Source: Blastocystis sp. Blastoise (taxonomy: Eukaryota > Protista > Bigyra: Opalinata). From it: 64,000 nucleotides of DNA. The stretch spans positions 1,488,001 to 1,552,000 of the forward strand of contig JBBPEB010000015.1 in the NCBI GenBank assembly GCA_039096225.1, in the 5' to 3' direction. The notes beneath the pieces are model-generated. The model was not told where the DNA came from. It saw nothing but the letters and a program-made list of their open reading frames with translations, and ran no database searches. Positions 18,916 through 31,672 of the stretch are shown here, in pieces. The position numbers were made by a program, and so were the translations under genes. Each line of letters starts with the position of its first letter. Within the stretch, counting starts at the first letter, position 1.

Positions 18916-19435
18916 AATATATAATATATAATATATAATATATAATATAAAATATAAAATATAAAATATATAATATATAATATATAATATATAATATATA
19001 ATATATAATATATAATATATAATATATAATATATAATATATAATATATAATATATAATATATAATATATAATATATAATATATAATATATAATATATAAT
19101 ATATAATATATAATATATAATATATAATATATAATATATAATATATAATATATAATATATAATATATAATATATAATATATAATATATAATATATAATAT
19201 ATAATATATAATATATAATATATAATATATAATATAATATATAATATATAATATATAATATATAATATATAATATATAATATATAATATATAATATATAA
19301 TATATAATATATAATATATAATATATAATATATAATATATAATATATAATATATAATATATAATATATAATATATAATATATAATATATAATATATAATA
19401 TATAATATATAATATATAATATATAATATATAATA
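18916..19435. repeat. (ATATAAT)n heptamer tract near the 3' end of family A (also ~22081-22400, 45602-45700, 48345-48862, 51508-52042, 54689-55013; degenerate at 31241-31545)
   Basis: Direct reading; length differs between copies. Confidence 0.95.
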
Positions 19436-19567
19436 GATAATAAATACTAATATATAATAGATAATATATAATAATGAAAAAAAGAAAATAAAAGCCAAAC
19501 TGTTATTATTTTATGCAGCCGCGGTCCGGTGCCGTTAGGCCCCGGACCTGCGGCGTGACCCTAGTAA

Positions 19568-22527
19568 TCATTACTATTATAAAGCAAATAGGCAAAAAAA
19601 TTCCCATTGGTCAGTTTTTGGAAAATGCATTTGATTGGCTAATGTATACTATAGTTTGTGGACACAACTCCTCTAAACTTACGGGGAGTTAATGTTTGGT
19701 TGAAACACAGTTCAATAGGATATAACCTGTAGTTTTGCACCGTATATTTGGTTAAGCGATATTATTAATAATTAAAAAGTTATTAATAAAAGAACAGAAA
19801 ACATGATTTTTGAGTCGTTTTTGATTGGCTCTTTGGGATGACCCCGATAAAAATTGTTGACCAGACAATTGAAAAATAAACATGGGGTAAACTTGATTTT
19901 TTCTCAATCCCACAATATACGTTATCCGTGTTTATTCTTTATATTTATCTATTTTTTAATACTTTTTCATATTGAACACGTGAGGCCTTAACGGTCAAAT
20001 TTAGATTGTCAATTTGACATCATATTCTGATTCAGGAGGTCAGAAAACCTAGGTGTACCAATTTTCAGCTCCTGAGAACGATTTTTGAGTGATCGATATT
20101 TTCTTCGATCTTCTTATAATCGACTAATATTACAGTATTGTAATTAATAGGTCCTCAAACCACTATAGTCAAAGCAGAGTCTTAAAATAATGAGTTTAAA
20201 AGTGACAATTTTGAAAAATGTGAATTAAGTGGTCTTAGAGTGAGAGATTCAATATAATAACTTTTGTTTAGTATACTTTAGATATTACTCTATTCTATGT
20301 TAAAAGGAGAGTCAAAATTATGATGGTCAAAGTGTATGACCAAATGACAAAATGTGTCTTAAAAAGTAAAAGGGTGTCTATATGTGTTTCAAATGTTAAG
20401 TCAAGTCAATTCTATGAATAATAGCTTTAAATAAATAGTTTAAGGTTGTCAAATTTAAAAGAATGTGTAAAACATAGTCTTAAACTGTGAATAAAAAATT
20501 TAGAGATATTAATTAGTGTACAGTTGTAGTAGCTCTACAACATATCAAAAGTATAAAGAAAATAATTTTTAGAGAGTGGATGTGTGAAGGGTTGTGAGAG
20601 TTATTAAAAATTTATTTTTACGTCAGTTTGAGCAAAATCGTGAATTTCGTGCACTGTAGAAAAATTGAGTCAAAAGGTCAACTCTAAGGGTCTTAAATTT
20701 AAAAAATGTAAAAATGAGTGACTTAGAGGACGAGATTCAATATTTGAGTGTTTAGTCATTAAACTAGAGTGTATGAGCTATATTATGTTAAAAGGAGGGA
20801 CAAAAATATGTTGATCAAAGTGTATGACCAAATGGTAAAGTGTCTTTAAAAAGTCTAAAGTGATGACTAATATGTTTATAGAGTCTTATAAAGTCTACTA
20901 TGAAAATATTAGCTTTTAAAAATATGTTTAAGCCTTTCAATTAGTAAAAATATGTTCAAAGAGACTCATAAAATGAGAGTTTTAAGAAACGAGATATTGT
21001 TCAGTATACACTAAGAGACACTCTACAACATATCAAAAATCTAGCAAAAACTATTTTTAGAGAGTGGATGTGTGAAGGGTTGTGAGAGTTATTGAAAAAA
21101 TATTTTTACTTCAGTTTGTGTAAAATCGTGTTTTTGGAACACTGTAGAAAAATTAACTTCAGAAATCAACTCTAAGGGTCTTAATTTTGAAAAATGTGAA
21201 AATGACTGACTTAGAGGACGAGATTCAAAATTCCCCCTCACTTTCATATAACTAGAGCACACACTCTATATTATGTCAAAAGAAGGGACGAAAATATTTT
21301 GGTCGAAGTAAATGAGCAAATGCAAAAGGTTTATAAAATGTCTTAAAGTGATGACCAATGTGTAGCTAACGTTATACTGAGTATAGTGTGTAAATATTAG
21401 CTTATAAAAATGATTTTAAGTGTGTAAACTTTTCATAATGTGTCAAGAAGGGTCTTTAAGAAAGAGATTCAAAACATTTGCTTTTATTTAATAAATTGTA
21501 TAATAAACTCTATACTATATCAAAAGACTGAAGGAAATTATTCTGATACAGTGGATCTTGAATGTGTAAAGTCTCTTTAAAAGTTACATTTTTGAGTTAT
21601 TTATGATTAAAATCATTAGTTGAAATTAATATAAAAATATTAACTTTTTAAGTAATGTTTTAGTTGTCAAAGTGACAATGAATGTTGACTTTGTTATACT
21701 TAAAACTTCAAAATTCTTTTAAAAAGTATTGAAATGAGTTAAAATTATTATATTATGCTTATTTAAATGAATTTTATGACTTAAAAATACTCAAGAGTAC
21801 TTCACATTGTGACTCATTTCTAAAGTTGTTGACTTTAAAAACTCAAAAAATGCTTAAGAAAGTTGTTTAATTATTAATAAATACAAAATATATTTTAAAA
21901 ATAATAAATAATATGTATAGTGATTCAAAATAGTTTTTTAATTTTCTTTCAAGTATTGTTTTTAGTTTTTTTGATATCATTTAAAGAATTTATTTAATTC
22001 TTATATCAGGAATTGAACCTGATTACAATCAATAAATGATTGTAACTCTCCATATAGAGTATAAGAAGTGTTATTAAAGTAATATATAATATATAATATA
22101 TAATATATAATATAAAATATAAAATATATAATATATAATATATAATATATAATATATAATATATAATATATAATATATAATATATAATATATAATATATA
22201 ATATATAATATATAATATATAATATATAATATATAATATATAATATATAATATATAATATATAATATATAATATATAATATATAATATATAATATATAAT
22301 ATATAATATATAATATATAATATATAATATATAATATATAATATATAATATATAATATATAATATATAATATATAATATATAATATATAATATATAATAG
22401 ATAATAAATACTAATATATAATAGATAATATATAATAATGAAAAAAAGAAAATAAAAGCCAAACTGTTATTATTTTATGCAGCCGCGGTCCGGTGCCGTT
22501 AGGCCCCGGACCTGCGGCGTGACCCTA

Positions 22528-22528
<1 letters not shown>
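19568..22528 (+). mobile_element. Non-autonomous Helitron family A, copy 2 (head-to-tail with copy 1)
   Basis: Junction CTAG-TAA-TC at 19561-19569. Same hairpin and CTAG at 22525-22528, followed by (TAA)n. Confidence 0.9.
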
Positions 22529-22612
<84 letters not shown>

Positions 22613-23533
22613 TAGAAGAAATAGATCTGATTCAATTTCTTCTTCTTCATCTTCATCTTCATCTTCCTCTTCCTCTTCCTCTTCCTCTTCTTCTTCATCT
22701 GGAATGGATATAGAAGAATCAAATATTAATAATAATAATAATGATATTGATATAGATAATATGCCTTCTATTATTCCTTCTATTATCAGAAATTTAAATA
22801 GAAATACAAATTCTATTCAACAAATTAATAATAATAATAATACTTCTCCTCCAAATAATAATCAAACTATAAATCAATCAATTCCTAATAATAATATTAA
22901 TAATACTATAAATGATATTGATTTAGATTTATCTCTTAATAATCATATAAATAATCCTATTATTCCTAATTATCTTCATATTCCTATTCAAGATAGAATA
23001 TATCCTTATAATTTAGATAATCTTGATTTACCTACTGGAATAATAGAAAACAATATGATGAATACATTATTTAATTCTAATAGAAGAGTATTAACATTAG
23101 ATTCTTCTATTTATTCTATAAATTCTATTCCTAATAATATTCCTAATTTTCCTACAGAATGTAATTGGATATTTCCTTGTAAACCAGATTTCTTTATTGG
23201 TTATAATGAAATACGAAATCATGAGAAAGGAAAAGTATGGAAATATTTAAATGAAATACGTGAATGTTTTAATCATATAATATTAATGTTATCATGGAAT
23301 AGATCTATTAATCATTCTAATTTAACAAGATTAGATGCATTCACTTTATTCTTTCCTAATATAGAAAAGAATGCTATAGATTCATTATTACGTAAGATAA
23401 GGAGTAATTATAGACAAATAAATAGAGATACTAATATTCCTACTTTAGGTAATAGAAATAATAATCGTATTCCAAATAATCAAAGATTAAGAAATAATCA
23501 AATACAAAATGGTTATATTAATATTAATAATAA

Positions 23534-26500
23534 CAAGCGTTTCACGACTGGCTACGCCAGCCTACGCTTGAGTTTTGATAGTTGTCATCTCTTAATTGTT
23601 ATATTTTATGTTGTTTTTTTTTTTAAATATTATGTTTATTTTTATGTTTTTGTTATTCATTTCTATTTTTTTATTTTTAGGATGAAGACTATTTCATATT
23701 TTATAAATTATTATTTCAATTGTTTTAGTTGTTATCTTCTATTGTTTAGTTATTAGTTTAGTATATTCTAAATAATTTAATTCACACTTTATTGATAATT
23801 CCTATTTAACATTTTATATTACATTTTTTGAGTATTATTTCCTTTTTTATTTAGTATTTTTTTAGCTATTTTTATTATTGATTATATATATTTATTGTTT
23901 ATTAATAATAATTGATTAGCTCTTGTGTTTTATTTTTGATCGTATTCATATTTCTATTTCTATTTCTATTTCTATTTCTATTTCTATTTCTATTTCTATT
24001 TCTATTTCTATTTCTATTTCTATTTCTATTTCTATTTCTATTTCTATTTCTATTTCTATTTCTATTTCTATTTCTATTTCTATTTCTATTTCTATTTCTA
24101 TTTCTATTTCTATTTCTATTTCTATTTCTATTTCTATTTAGATTTAGATTTAGATTTAGATTTAGATTTCTATTTAGATTTAAATTTATATTTTAGTTTT
24201 CTATATTAATTCACTTTTCTTTGTTAATTTATTTATAACTGTTTTTGTAATTATAAATTCATTTAGTTTTATAAATATTTTATACTTTAAACAATATTAT
24301 TATGATTATAAAATATTTTTTCTTTTAAAACTTATTATCAGTTATTTCTTATCTTTAAGAATTTATTTTTTATTTTTAATTATTCTATATAATTATTATT
24401 ATGAGAAAGAACTTACTCTTTTGTCTAAAAAATATTATTTATTCTTTTATAAATTTTCTCATATATTATTTTATTCCATTTTAAATTATTATCATTTTTA
24501 TCTCTATTTGTTTTTTTTATTCTATCATTTCTTTTTATATATACTATTATATATATATATTTAATATTTTATTATACCCCTTTTTCGTATTAATAAATGT
24601 TTAATTATATGTAATAGTTACTATATTTTAATACTATCAGATTCAAATGTTTATAATATTATTCTTTTTTTATTACTCCTATTTCAATTTGGATTTTTAA
24701 AAACAAAAAATATTTTTAATAATTAAAAAATATATATTATTCTATATAATCGATAATAACTCATAGAGTTCTTTCTAAATATTTATCATATATAGAATTT
24801 TTTTATAAAAGAAAAAAAGAATTATTTTTAAAAATTATCTATTCAATTTTTATAATGTTATCATAATCATTTCATAACTAAAAACTAAAAACTAAAATAT
24901 AAACCAAAAATTACATTCTATATCATAAATAGATTTAGTACTTTAAAAACTGTAACTATCATACATAAAATATAGCTTCTAAAACAAATAAGTTATCATA
25001 AAAAAACTCTAAAAGACTTTAACGTTTTGAAATACACATATCCACTTTTATTTTAACTAATTTTATGCTAATATACATATATATTGAATTTATTATTTAA
25101 TTTGTAAAGAATAACTTGAATCTCTTTTGTTTTAAGTCACAATTACAAAAAATGAGTTCTTTTGAAAGACAAAAAACATTCTTTAAACAATAATAATTTT
25201 GTATTTAGTAAAGAATAAACGTATTATACTGTTTTAGAAACAATTAAAATCTTTTTACCCATTTTAACACTCCTATCAAACAGTCAACCATGTTTAATTA
25301 AACTAATTTTTAGTATTTTATATTCTATTATAAGTCTATTTATTATTATTACAAAAAGTGACTTGAATCTCTTGACATAACTATTGTAATTCTAAAAAAA
25401 TAATTTTTTGAACAACTTAAAATATTTATTTATTGTAGATTTTAATATAAAACACTCATAAAACACTCTATACATACTTATTACAACCATTTTTTAAAAA
25501 TAGACTCATTTTAACATTTTGGTCAAACACACAACCACCTTTATTTCAAACAATTCTTTTATTATTATAAACATTAAACACTCTAATACTCATTTTTACA
25601 AAAAGTGTATTGAATCTCTTGACTTAAGACAGTCAAACAGACAATTCAAAATTATTTTACCCTTTAAATTCATTATAGAGTGATAATATTTTCAGAATTG
25701 TCCTAATATGTGATTTAGGACACATTTAACTACTTTTTATAAAATTATGAGCCAACATGTGCATATACTCATACACTCGTCTAACCCAATTTTGACCATT
25801 TTTTTGAGAAATGCAATACATATAAGGTCTAGTTTTCAAATATATAAAAATTATTTGTCAAATATGAATTTGATTTGTCAACTTTCTGAAAATTTTGAGA
25901 AAAATGATTTTTCAATTTTCAGTTTTTTAACATGTTATACTATTGACTCTACTGAACTCATTTTTTTATTAATTTCAAATATTAAAATTTATATTGTTAA
26001 TATAGTTTATTCTCTATATTTATTTGTTATAATTATATTAAATAATTAAATATTGACTGAGAAATTAAAACGATAAACTATACCCTTTTTTCAAAAATTT
26101 CTATTTTTATGTTTTGCATATATAATTTTTTTTCTCAAAAGTTATTTAATATTTTTATAATATTTTTATAAATATATAAACCATATGTTGTCTAGTTTAT
26201 AAATAGGTTTTATTTATTTTTTAAAAATTAATATTGATGGAGAAATTGTCAAAACAAACTATAGTATCAAAAATGTTTTCTTTTTTTTAAACAATTTATT
26301 TCACTGATTAAAGACAATTAAAAACAAATTTATTTATTTAAAGCTTATTTATGACATTTAACACTTATTAAGACTGATAACTGACTTTTTAAAGCAAACA
26401 TTGTCAGTATCAGTTCAACATGTTGTCTTAACTTTTGTGAATGAGTGATGTATAGTGTTTATGAATGTTTATATATAGTAATTGAAACATTTTAAAGTTT

Positions 26501-27592
26501 ATTGAGTTGACATTATTTGGTGTTTTTTCACATTATAAAAAATAATATCATTATTTAATACCAATACTTTATATCTGAGTATTACATGATCATATACACA
26601 GAAATAATACAAAATTAAATTGTTTAAATAGACTTTAACATTTCGAGATACACTCGACCTTTTTTATTTCGTCTGTTGTTTTGATATGTTATACTATTGT
26701 GTCAGTAGTGTAATAAAATGTACTTAATATATTGAATCCCTTATTTTAAATAAATGAAAAAAAGGAATTATTTGTAAAGTGAGTTTAAAAAGATTTAAAA
26801 ATTTAAAAATACAACTTTTATGACTATATTAAGGGTCAATACATTCAAATATCATGTTATTAAACAAAATAAAAAACAAATCTGTAACAACATACAGTGA
26901 ACTTGAATTTATATTAAGAAATTCTTGTTCTAATCTAGATATTACACTTATATAATACTCATAAATACCGTTTTAAAAGAAAATAAGAACAAAAGTTACG
27001 CATCCAATTCTTAAAAGTGTGAGTTTTGACAAAATAAAAAAATGAATTTAGTTTAACATTATATTAATACAAAAATAAATTTATTTTAATTTAAAAGTCA
27101 TTAATGAGTGAGAACGACGAATCACAAAAATAAATATGTTGATTTTTTCATTTTATTTTTATGTTTTTTACTTTTATTTGAATAACTTCGTCAAAATTTA
27201 TTATTTTTTCAAAAAAAAAAATTATGAATCGAGTTTAACTAATATAGATGAGTAATAAATAAAATAAATATAAAAAAGACTCTTTTATCAATATAAATTA
27301 TAAATCACAAAAGTAAGTATAATGAATGAAAAAGTAAGATAAATATAATTGGATGCACCAAAACACAATTTTTAATGGCTCCACAAAACTGTTTATGTCG
27401 AATATTCTTTTTTCTTAAAAGTCGTTTTTCTCCTTGGATTTTCAAAATTGACCAATCAAATTTTGAGTATCAATTTTTGTCATAAGTATCTTGTAAATTA
27501 CAAAAAATCTTGCCGTTACAATAAAATGCACCAAAGTTACAGCCATTTGAAATTTTTGAAACGGCTCAGTTAGGCTGCTAAATTAATATATA
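23534..27592 (-). mobile_element. Non-autonomous Helitron family B, copy 1 (minus strand; 5' end ambiguous within 27592-27616)
   Basis: The minus-strand 3' end reads GGCTGGC-GTA-GCCAGTC-GTGAAACG-CTTG|T (hairpin plus CTTG). It interrupts the Asn-rich ORF at AA|T and the frame resumes at ~27593. Internal ~247-bp repeats have GAGATTCAA on the minus strand. Second copy at 56152. Confidence 0.72.
23949..24138. repeat. (ATTTCT)n hexamer tract followed by (ATTTAG)n in family B (longer in copy 2, ~56566-56834)
   Basis: Direct reading. Confidence 0.95.
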
Positions 27593-28681
27593 TAATAATA
27601 ATAATAATAATATTGATATTAATATAAATAATTCTGATATTAACTCTAATAATAATAATAATAATAATTCCAATAATAATGAATCAAATGAAATGGAAAT
27701 AGATAATGAAATAAATAATTCTAATAATTCTAATATTATTAATAATATTTCTAATTCTTCTAATTCTTCTAATTCTAATAGTCATATATCAAATAATAAT
27801 AATAATAATCATAATAATATATCCTCTCAATCTTCATTAGATTCTGATATTGATATAGATATGAATTTAAATAATTCTAATTCTAATAATAATAATTCTA
27901 ATAATAATGGAAGAAATAATAATAATAGAAATAATACAAGACCTTCTAATATTCCTACTTTACAAACTAGAATAAATCATAATCCTAGAACAATCCAAGG
28001 TAGAAGAACAAGAGAATTAGAATTAAATAATAATAATAATAATATGAATAATGATAATGAAATGGAAATAGAAAATGAAGAAGAAAGAAATAATAATAAT
28101 AATACTAGAAATACTAATGATAATAATAATCCTAATAATAATAATACAGAAATAGATTTAATATCAACTTATTCAGAAAATAATATTAATAATATTATTA
28201 ATAGATCAAATAATCTTCATTATACTTCTAATGTGAAAAGAAGATTATCTAGATTAGCTTTAAAGCGTTGGTCTAATAATAAAACAATAAATCGATTTAA
28301 TAGATTTGTAGAAGAGAGATTATATGATCATATTCGATGTTACCCTATAGAAGATTCAAATCATAATCCTACTATGACTCCTGAATTAATAGAATCATTT
28401 AATAAGAGTTGTGAATATGTATTTAATGAAATATATAGATGGATATCACAATGTGATAGAGGAAGAATAAATCATAATGATAGATATAATAATAATAATA
28501 GAGATGTAGGTAGTTCTGCTAATGAAGATCGTAATTATCATAATGAAACTAGAAATAGAAATCATCATTTTCATGATAATAATAGATTTAATAATAATAA
28601 TAATAATAGAAGATATATTAGAAGATATAATAATAATAGAAATCAAAGAAGATATAATAATAATAATAGAAATACTAGAAG

Positions 28682-28713
<32 letters not shown>

Positions 28714-28726
28714 GAAATCATAATAA

Positions 28727-31672
28727 TCATTACTATATATATGAGAATAGGCAAAAAAATTCCCATTGGTCAGTTTTTGGAAAATGCATTTGATTGGCTA
28801 ATGTATACTATAGTTTGTGGACACAACTCCTCTAAACTTACGGGGAGTTAATGTTTGGTTGAAACACAGTTCAATAGGATATAACCTGTAGTTTTGCACC
28901 GTATATTTGGTTAAGCGATATTATTAATAATTAAAAAGTTATTAATAAAAGAACAGAAAACATGATTTTTGAGTCGTTTTTGATTGGCTCTTTGGGATGA
29001 CCCCGATAAAAATTGTTGACCAGACAATTGAAAAATAAACATGGGGTAAACTTGATTTTTTCTCAATCCCACAATATACGTTATCCGTGTTTATTCTTTA
29101 TATTTATCTATTTTTTAATACTTTTTCATATTGAACACGTGAGGCCTTAACGGTCAAATTTAGATTGTCAATTTGACATCATATTCTGATTCAGGAGGTC
29201 AGAAAACCTAGGTGTACCAATTTTCAGCTCCTGAGAACGATTTTTGAGTGATCGATATTTTCTTCGATCTTCTTACAATTGACTAATATTGTAGTATTGT
29301 AATCAATAGGTCATCAAACTACTATAGTTAAAACAAAGTCTTAAAATAATGAGTTTGAGTGTCACAATTTTGAAAAATGTGAATTAAGTGGTCTTAGAGT
29401 GACAAATTCAATATAATGACTTTTATTTAGTAAACTAGACTTATAACTCTATACTATGTTAAAAGGAGAGTCAAAATTATGAAGGTCAAAGTGTATGACC
29501 AAATGACAAAATGTGTCTTAAAAAGTAAAAGGATGTCTATATGTGTTTAGAATCATGTATTAAGTCTATTCTATGAATAAGAGCTTTAAATAAATAGTTT
29601 AAGGTTGTCAAATTCAAAAGAATGTGTAAAACATAGTCTTAAACTATGAATAAAAAATTTAGAGATATTAATTAGTGTACAGCTGTAGTAGCTCTACAAC
29701 ATATCAAAAGTACAGTTAAAATAATTTTTAGAGAGTGGATGTGTGAGGTGTTGTGACTATTATTTAAAATTTATTTTTACTTCAGTTTATGTTAAATCGT
29801 GAATTTCGTGCACTATAGAAAAATTGAGCCAAAAAATTAACTCTAAGGGTCTTAAATTTAAAAAAATGTAAAAATGAGTGACTTAGAGGACGAGATTCAA
29901 TATTTGAGTGTTTATTCATTAAACTAGAGTGTATGATCTATATTATGTTAAAATAAGGGAAGAAAATATTTTGGTCAAAGTGTATGAGCAAATGGTAAAG
30001 TGTCTTTAAAAAGTCTAAAGTGATGACTAATGTGTTTATAGAGTCATATAGAGTCTACTATGAAAATATTAGCTTTTAAAAATATGTTTAAGCCTTTCAA
30101 TTAATAAAAATATGTTCAAAGAGACTCATAAAATGAGAGTTTTAAGAAACGAGATATTGTTCAGTATACACTAAAAGACACTCTACAACATATCAAAAAT
30201 ATAGCAAAAACTATTTTTAGAGACTGCATGTGTGAAGGGTTGTGAGAGTTATTGAAAAAATATTTTTCACTCAGTTTGTGCAAAATCGTGTTTTTGGAAC
30301 ACTGTAGAAAAATTAACTTAAATAATCAACTCTAAGGGTCTTAATTTTTAAAAATGTGAAAATGATTGACTTAGAGGACGAGATTCAAAATTCCCTCTCA
30401 CTTTCATATAACTAGACCACACACTCTATATTATATCAAAAGGAGGGACGAAAATATTTTGGTCAAAGTAAATGAGCAAATGCAAAAGGTTTATAAAATG
30501 TTTTAAAGTGATGACCAATGTGTAGCTAACGTTATACTGAGTATAGTGTGTAAATATAAGCTTATAAAAATGAGTTAAGGTGTCTTAACTTTTCATAATG
30601 TGTCAAAAATGGTCATTAAGAAAGAGATTCAAAACATTAATTTTTATTTAATGAATAGTATGATAAACTCTATACTATATCAAAAGACTGACGGAAACTG
30701 TTTTGATGCAGTGGATCTTGAATGGGTAAAGTCTCTTTAAAAGTCACTTTTTCGAGTCATTTATGATTAAAATAAGTATTTGAGACAACTGAAGAAATAT
30801 TAACTTTTTAAACCATATTTTATTAGTCAAAGTTAGAATGAATGCTGACTTTGTTATGATTAAAGCTTTCTAATTCTTTTAAAAATTATTAAAATGAGTT
30901 AAAATTATTTTATTATGCTTATTTAAATGAATTTTATGACTTAAAAATACTCAAGAGTACTTCACATTGTGACTCATTTCTAAAGTTGTTGACTTTAAAA
31001 ACTCAAAAAATGCTTAAAACAGTTGTTTAATTATTTATAAATACAAAATATATTTTTAAAATAATAAATAATATATATAATGATTCAAAATAGATTTTTT
31101 ATTCTCTTTCAAGTATTGTTTTTAGTTTTTTTGATAATATTTAAATAGTTTATTTAATTCTTATATTAGGAATTGAACCTGATTACAATCAATAAATGAT
31201 TGTGACTCTCCATATAGAGTATAAGAAGCGTTATTAAAGTAATATATAATATATAATAGATAATAGATAATAGATAATAGATAATAAATAATAGATAATA
31301 GATAATAAATAATAAATAATAAATAATAATATATAATATATAATATATAATATATAATATATAATATATAATATATAATAGATAATAAATAATAAATAAT
31401 AGATAATAAATAATAATATATAATAGATAATAATATATAATATATAATATATAATATATAATATATAATATATAATATATAATATATAATATATAATATA
31501 TAATATATAATATATAATAGATAATAATATATAATATATAATATATAATAAATACTAATATATAATAGATAATATATAATAATGAAAAAAAGAAAATAAA
31601 AGCCAAACTGTTATTATTTTATGCAGCCGCGGTCCGGTGCCGTTAGGCCCCGGACCTGCGGCGTGACCCTAG
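28727..31672 (+). mobile_element. Non-autonomous Helitron family A, diverged subfamily A2
   Basis: 5' A|TCATTACTATATATATGAG. Same 3' hairpin and CTAG|T. Body diverges from A1 after ~29275. 2946 bp, inserted at AA|T in poly-Asn codons. Confidence 0.9.

Larger units (their letters stand above)
16403..19564 (+). mobile_element. Non-autonomous Helitron family A, copy 1
   Basis: 5' A|TCATTACTATTATAAAG. 3' GC-rich hairpin GCCGCGGTCCGGTGCC-GTTA-GGCCCCGGACCTGCGGC, then GTGACC-CTAG|T. No target-site duplication and no coding capacity. Multiple near-identical copies in the window. Confidence 0.9.

Noticed and set aside
18836-19498. ORFs MAFIFFFSLLYIIYYIL... (also 22001, 31166, 48338, 51501, 54682)
   Set aside because: Stop-free reverse translations of the (ATATAAT)n tract; their lengths vary with the tract.
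19515-19560. GC-rich hairpin as a structured ncRNA or transcription terminator
   Set aside because: It sits 6 nt before CTAG|T at the end of every repeat unit, which is the Helitron 3' termination signature.
16403-22528. Direct repeats interpreted as LTRs or as rDNA/telomeric units
   Set aside because: No TG...CA ends, primer-binding site, gag/pol or rRNA sequence; the termini are Helitron-type.
23912-24196. FLFLFL / ISISIS ORFs (also 56529, 56540)
   Set aside because: Translations of the (ATTTCT)n microsatellite.
25747-26049. 100-aa ORF inside family B (and its copy at 58448)
   Set aside because: No recognisable motif, antisense to the element, and duplicated only because the block is duplicated.
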